A stretch of DNA of 20,000 nt from an uncultured virus (IMG/VR IMGVR_UViG_3300028833_000080) (taxonomy: Duplodnaviria; Heunggongvirae; Uroviricota; Caudoviricetes), in IMG/VR virus record IMGVR_UViG_3300028833_000080; one strand, written 5' to 3'. Made by a program: the position numbers and the translations under genes. The notes beneath the pieces were generated by a model. That model had not been told where the DNA came from. It saw nothing but the letters and a program-made list of their open reading frames with translations, and made no database searches. Shown here piece by piece: positions 16,997 to 20,000 of the stretch; position 1 is the stretch's first letter, and every line of letters begins with the position of its first letter.

Positions 16997-17025
16997 TTAT
17001 ATAAAAAGCGAGGAAGGAACAACAA

Positions 17026-17310
17026 ATGAAACTACTAATTGATATACCCGACATTACTTACAAAAGAACGCTTGAAATTGGAGCACTTCAAATATGCAAA
17101 GATGAAGATATTTACCGTTGGATAGCCAAGGGTACTCCCATTCCCGACAATATTACTAATGGTGAATTTATAACAATGTTTATACCACATGAAAGTATTA
17201 CTGTTTGCAAAGAAAAACAGTTTGTAATAGTTATTGGCAAAGACTATCTTTTTCAACATCATTATCCGTTGGATTGGTGGAACGCAAAGTACAAGGGGGC
17301 GAGTAAATGA
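17026..17310 (+). CDS. Hypothetical protein (94 aa)
   Basis: SD GAGGAAGGA; ORF track; coupled to the next gene by ATGA-type overlap. Confidence 0.78.
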   Translation: MKLLIDIPDITYKRTLEIGALQICKDEDIYRWIAKGTPIPDNITNGEFITMFIPHESITVCKEKQFVIVIGKDYLFQHHYPLDWWNAKYKGASK

Positions 17311-17582
17311 AAGTTGTAATTGAGTTACCTGAAAATTGGGAAGAATCTAAAAGTAAACTTAGAGCACTTGTAGATGCTTTTCAAGATGCTAAACCCTATG
17401 AAGATTTTGATTTTATCTTAGATAAAATAACAAAAGAAATAAAAGAACAGTATGGTGACTGTGACTTATGCGAGTATTATGAAGATTATGATTTTGAAGA
17501 AAATGATATTTCTTCTTATAATTACGTAGCAAGTATAACAGATATTTTAGATATTATTAATGCATATAAAGATGGTCGATAG
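17307..17582 (+). CDS. Acidic hypothetical protein (91 aa) with CDLC
   Basis: ORF track; followed by terminator ATGGTCGATAG/CTATCGACCAT (17572-17599). Confidence 0.78.
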   Translation: MKVVIELPENWEESKSKLRALVDAFQDAKPYEDFDFILDKITKEIKEQYGDCDLCEYYEDYDFEENDISSYNYVASITDILDIINAYKDGR

Positions 17583-17649
17583 GAAAATCTATCGACCATT
17601 TGTTCTTCCACCGGTTGAAAAATTCTAAAATTTTTGATATAATATAATT

Positions 17650-17910
17650 GTAATGAAAAAGAAATAAAAATTTTTCTCATTGTAAAATTTATTTAAGTGT
17701 TTTAAATAAATCTAATCTGATTTTATTTAAAAACTATCTAAAAATTCTTAATATTCTAGTTGAAATGATAGCCGGTATCTATCATTTCTGTCCGAGTTTC
17801 TAGACCAAGGACTCGTTGAAGTAGTTTAATAAGGATTTTTTAAATAGCTAGATTTAATAATTTTTCCCCATAATTGAGCGCGCCTTTTGCGAACGTAAAA
17901 GGCGCGAATT
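17650..17910 (+). ncRNA. Putative AT-rich structured ncRNA (~260 nt)
   Basis: Promoter TTGAAA-17-TATAAT (17615-17643), with no SD or ORF downstream. Stems ATTTATTTAA/TTAAATAAAT, GAAATGATAG/CTATCATTTC, CGAGT/ACTCG and AAATCTA/TAGATTT. Confidence 0.55.
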
Positions 17911-18019
17911 TCCATTATATCATACCTCAGCAGATCTTGTCAATAGGAATTTTGCACAAAAAATTTTTATTTTTAATCCTAAAATTTGACTTGACTTTTA
18001 TAAAAAATTATATTATAAT
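17879..18019. repeat. Composite element copy 8 (long type, right half-site truncated)
   Basis: CGCGCCTTTTGC/GTAAAAGGCGCG; minus TTGACA-18-TATAAT (17943..17914); TGCACAA(17953)-26-TTG; TTGACT-17-TATAAT (17991-18019). Confidence 0.82.
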
Positions 18020-18116
18020 AAATACATAAGATAAAGGAAACACGTAAACGCTTAGAGCGAGAGTCTTTACCTTGCCAAGGGCAGAGTGGTTAACAAATAA
18101 AAAATAAAAAAAGTTG

Positions 18117-18312
18117 TTGACATTTCCAAAATCTTATGATATAATCTTTATATAAGATAACAAGTGGTTAATCGTAATCGTGCGGGTAGTGGTGTGAACA
18201 GAAACCCAGTGCACGGGGTGCAGAAACAGAAACGTAGCGAGGCAGATATACGGAAAAAAGTTGCAAATTTTTTCAAAAACCGCTTGACATCTTATAAAAG
18301 ATATGATATAAT
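18117..18312 (+). promoter_or_regulatory. Two further tandem consensus promoters
   Basis: TTGACA-17-TATAAT with TG extension at 18117-18145 and 18284-18312, each followed by AAGATAA. Confidence 0.85.
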
Positions 18313-18368
18313 AAATATATCAAAGATAACAAATAACAATTTTATTCAAAGAAAGGTGGTATTACATT

Positions 18369-18719
18369 ATGACAGATAAGAAGATGACAAAGAAGGACAT
18401 GTTTGCACTTATTAAGGAAAGAGTGGCAGATAACGAGGACATGGTTGCTTTTATCGACCACGAGATTGAGTTACTCAATAAGAAGGCTAATGGCTCAAGA
18501 AAGCCTACCGCAAAGCAGATTGAGAACGAAGCACTTAAGAATGATGTTCTTGCAGTTCTTTCCGCAGAAGGTAAGACAGTTTCACAGATTATCGCATCTG
18601 ATGAAAAGTTTGCAGGTATGTCCAATCAGAAGATGACCGCACTCTTAAAGATGCTTGTTGCTGATGGTTCAGCCGAGAAGGTAGTTGACAAAAAGACTTC
18701 TTTCTTCAAGTTGGCTTAG
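18369..18719 (+). CDS. Probable winged-helix DNA-binding protein (116 aa)
   Basis: C-terminal half has a helix-TVSQII-helix(SNQKMTALLKMLVADG)-beta-hairpin pattern; SD GAAAGGTGG; high-expression codon bias. Confidence 0.65.
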   Translation: MTDKKMTKKDMFALIKERVADNEDMVAFIDHEIELLNKKANGSRKPTAKQIENEALKNDVLAVLSAEGKTVSQIIASDEKFAGMSNQKMTALLKMLVADGSAEKVVDKKTSFFKLA

Positions 18720-18788
18720 TCCCTCTTTTGCTCTAGGGGTAAGGGTAATGAAACTTGCCCCTAATGATTCTTGTACGAGGTAGAAAAA

Positions 18789-19118
18789 ATGGATAAAGAA
18801 AAGTTAATCAAGTCAATTATGGCGGATTGTAAAGCCCAAGGTGAACCCGTCACAAGAGAAGAAGCAGAAGAAATGGCGGAAATGGAACTTAAATCGCATC
18901 AAATAAAGAAATACGAACAAGAATCCGTTACCAAGGTGCGAAAAGTCAAAGACCGCAAAGTAGATGAAGAAAAAAAGAATTTACTTTCTTGTATTAAAGT
19001 TTTAATGGAAGGACTAGGGGCAGAAAAACTTACCCTTAAAACTGAAACAGAATTGTCTTTCCACTACAATAATAATACATATACCATTAAATTAACTAAA
19101 CACAGACCACCTAAATAA
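18789..19118 (+). CDS. Hypothetical protein (109 aa, MDKEKLIKSIM...)
   Basis: SD GAGGT before ATG 18789. Confidence 0.78.
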   Translation: MDKEKLIKSIMADCKAQGEPVTREEAEEMAEMELKSHQIKKYEQESVTKVRKVKDRKVDEEKKNLLSCIKVLMEGLGAEKLTLKTETELSFHYNNNTYTIKLTKHRPPK

Positions 19119-19130
19119 GGCGGTTTTTGT

Positions 19131-19202
19131 GGGCATGTCGCCTAAAGGTATGGCACCAAACTTTTAATTTGGTAAATGAGAGTTCGATTCTCTTCATGCC
19201 CA
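19131..19202 (+). tRNA. tRNA-Lys (anticodon UUU), CCA not encoded
   Basis: Acceptor GGGCATG/CATGCCC plus A; D arm GCC/GGC; anticodon stem CCAAA/TTTGG with loop CT-TTT-AA; T arm GAGAG-TTCGATT-CTCTT. Confidence 0.85.
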
Positions 19203-19217
19203 TTGAAAAGGATTTTT

Positions 19218-19390
19218 AAAGCATGGTTTCCGCCATGCTTTTCTTTTTTGACGTCGCGCTTACAACCCAAGCGCGACGTAATTTTTGTCAAGATGGCAAG
19301 TTGCACAATTTTTATTTCCAATTTTTGTGCATTTTCATCTCTTGTTTTTTCCTAAAAATTTTATTATAATTATTTTATAGAAAGAGAGGT
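19218..19390 (+). repeat. Terminator plus composite element copy 9 (short type)
   Basis: Terminator AAAGCATGG/CCATGCTTT; hairpin ACGTCGCGCTT/AAGCGCGACGT; relic TGTCAA; TGCACAA-16-TTGTGCA (19302-19331); TTGTTT-17-TATAAT; AGAGAGGT. Confidence 0.88.
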
Positions 19391-19396
19391 TGTATT

Positions 19397-19906
19397 ATGT
19401 GCGAATTAAAAGGTATGACAGAATTAAATCTTGCGGTAACTAAGGTTCTTGCCCCTTTTGGTATTTCAAAGGCTTTATTAAGTGATACCTATGAATATCG
19501 TTATGTTGATGAAAGTGTGCTATTTAAATTAACTGAAGAAATTGAGGATGATTTTTTCAATGAGTTTATTGCAGAACGTTTTAATTATAAATGCAAATAT
19601 CCTTTTATTATTAGTCTTTTGCATGAAGTAGGACATCACAAGGCTAATGATGAAATTGAGGGTGCTATCTATGAATTTTGTATCAGAGAAAAAGCCCGTA
19701 TTTGCGAGGAAATGGAAACCGCAGACGAGAAAAGAGCCAAGGAATTAGAATGGCAATATTTTAATTTACCTGATGAAATAATGGCTACCCAATGGGCTGT
19801 AAATTACGCAATCAGACACCCAAAGAAAATTGAAAAAATGTGGGAAAGAACCTTGATTGCTTTGAAACAATTTTACGAAATAAATGAAATAATTAATGAG
19901 GATTAA
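19397..19906 (+). CDS. Putative zincin metallopeptidase (HExxH; ImmA/IrrE-like pattern), 169 aa
   Basis: SLLHEVGH followed by a downstream E..A..WA helix (PDEIMATQWA). Confidence 0.65.
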   Translation: MCELKGMTELNLAVTKVLAPFGISKALLSDTYEYRYVDESVLFKLTEEIEDDFFNEFIAERFNYKCKYPFIISLLHEVGHHKANDEIEGAIYEFCIREKARICEEMETADEKRAKELEWQYFNLPDEIMATQWAVNYAIRHPKKIEKMWERTLIALKQFYEINEIINED

Positions 19907-19911
19907 ATAAC

Positions 19912-20000
19912 AGGTGGCGGGAAACCGCCACCTCTCTTATACTTTATTAAATAACACTTGATATGTTTTGCGGGCGGCACACGTGCCAAACAGCCCGCAT
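19912..20000 (+). repeat. Terminator plus start of composite element copy 10
   Basis: Terminator AGGTGGCGG-GAAA-CCGCCACCT; hairpin TGCGGGC/GCCCGCA with inner GGCAC/GTGCC, cut by the window edge. Confidence 0.7.

Noticed and set aside
10064..18636. ORF-track entries 10064..10258, 10652..10918, 10667..10849, 12184..12393, 12586..12768, 12995..13186, 13670..13903, 14503..14688, 14869..15084, 15814..16035, 17035..17262, 18164..18379, 18362..18625 and 18403..18636
   Set aside because: They lack SD sites, run through promoters, terminators or repeat elements, or overlap better-supported genes.
18369..18719. Z-alpha (Z-DNA-binding) domain recognising the CGCG hairpins
   Set aside because: It has a winged-helix pattern but lacks the conserved N..Y and wing P-P-x-W residues of Z-alpha domains.
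19161..19167. Ochre suppressor tRNA (UUA)
   Set aside because: With the 5-bp stem CCAAA/TTTGG the 7-nt loop is CU-UUU-AA, so the anticodon is UUU.
11562..20000. CRISPR array or mini-array interpretation of the repeats
   Set aside because: There are no identical direct repeats, units are 0.5-1.4 kb apart with genes between them, and no cas genes are present.
11562..20000. Classical integron attC cassettes
   Set aside because: No consistent RYYYAAC/GTTRRRY core sites or extrahelical-base pattern, no integrase in the window, and the cassettes carry their own promoters. Kept only as an analogy.

Overview
AT-rich segment of a large tailed (Caudoviricetes) phage, probably of a Bacillota host, judged from its sigmaA-type promoters and strong Shine-Dalgarno (SD) sites. 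The left arm (1-10531, minus strand) is the head and packaging module: major capsid protein (partial), a probable decoration protein, a prohead protease with a nested scaffold start, portal, a small nuclease and two Zn-finger proteins. It also holds a terminase large subunit split inside its Walker A motif by a 1214-nt group IA intron that carries a tandem double NUMOD4-HNH homing endonuclease. A palindromic, G-tract-rich strand-switch region (about 10570-11030) separates the arms. The right arm (about 11000-20000, plus strand) looks like an early or host-takeover region, with about 25 mostly tiny ORFs, a tRNA-Lys, several ORF-free structured RNAs and about 18 promoters. It is organised by about 10 copies of a composite intergenic element: terminator, CG-rich hairpin conserved in structure but not sequence, AATTTT, optional leftward promoter, TGCACAA-N16 or N26/27-TTGTGCA dyad, rightward promoter, AGAGAGG. 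This element, and the ~400-nt structured RNA driven by one copy, are the best candidates for an undescribed system. All calls come from reading the sequence; no database searches were run.
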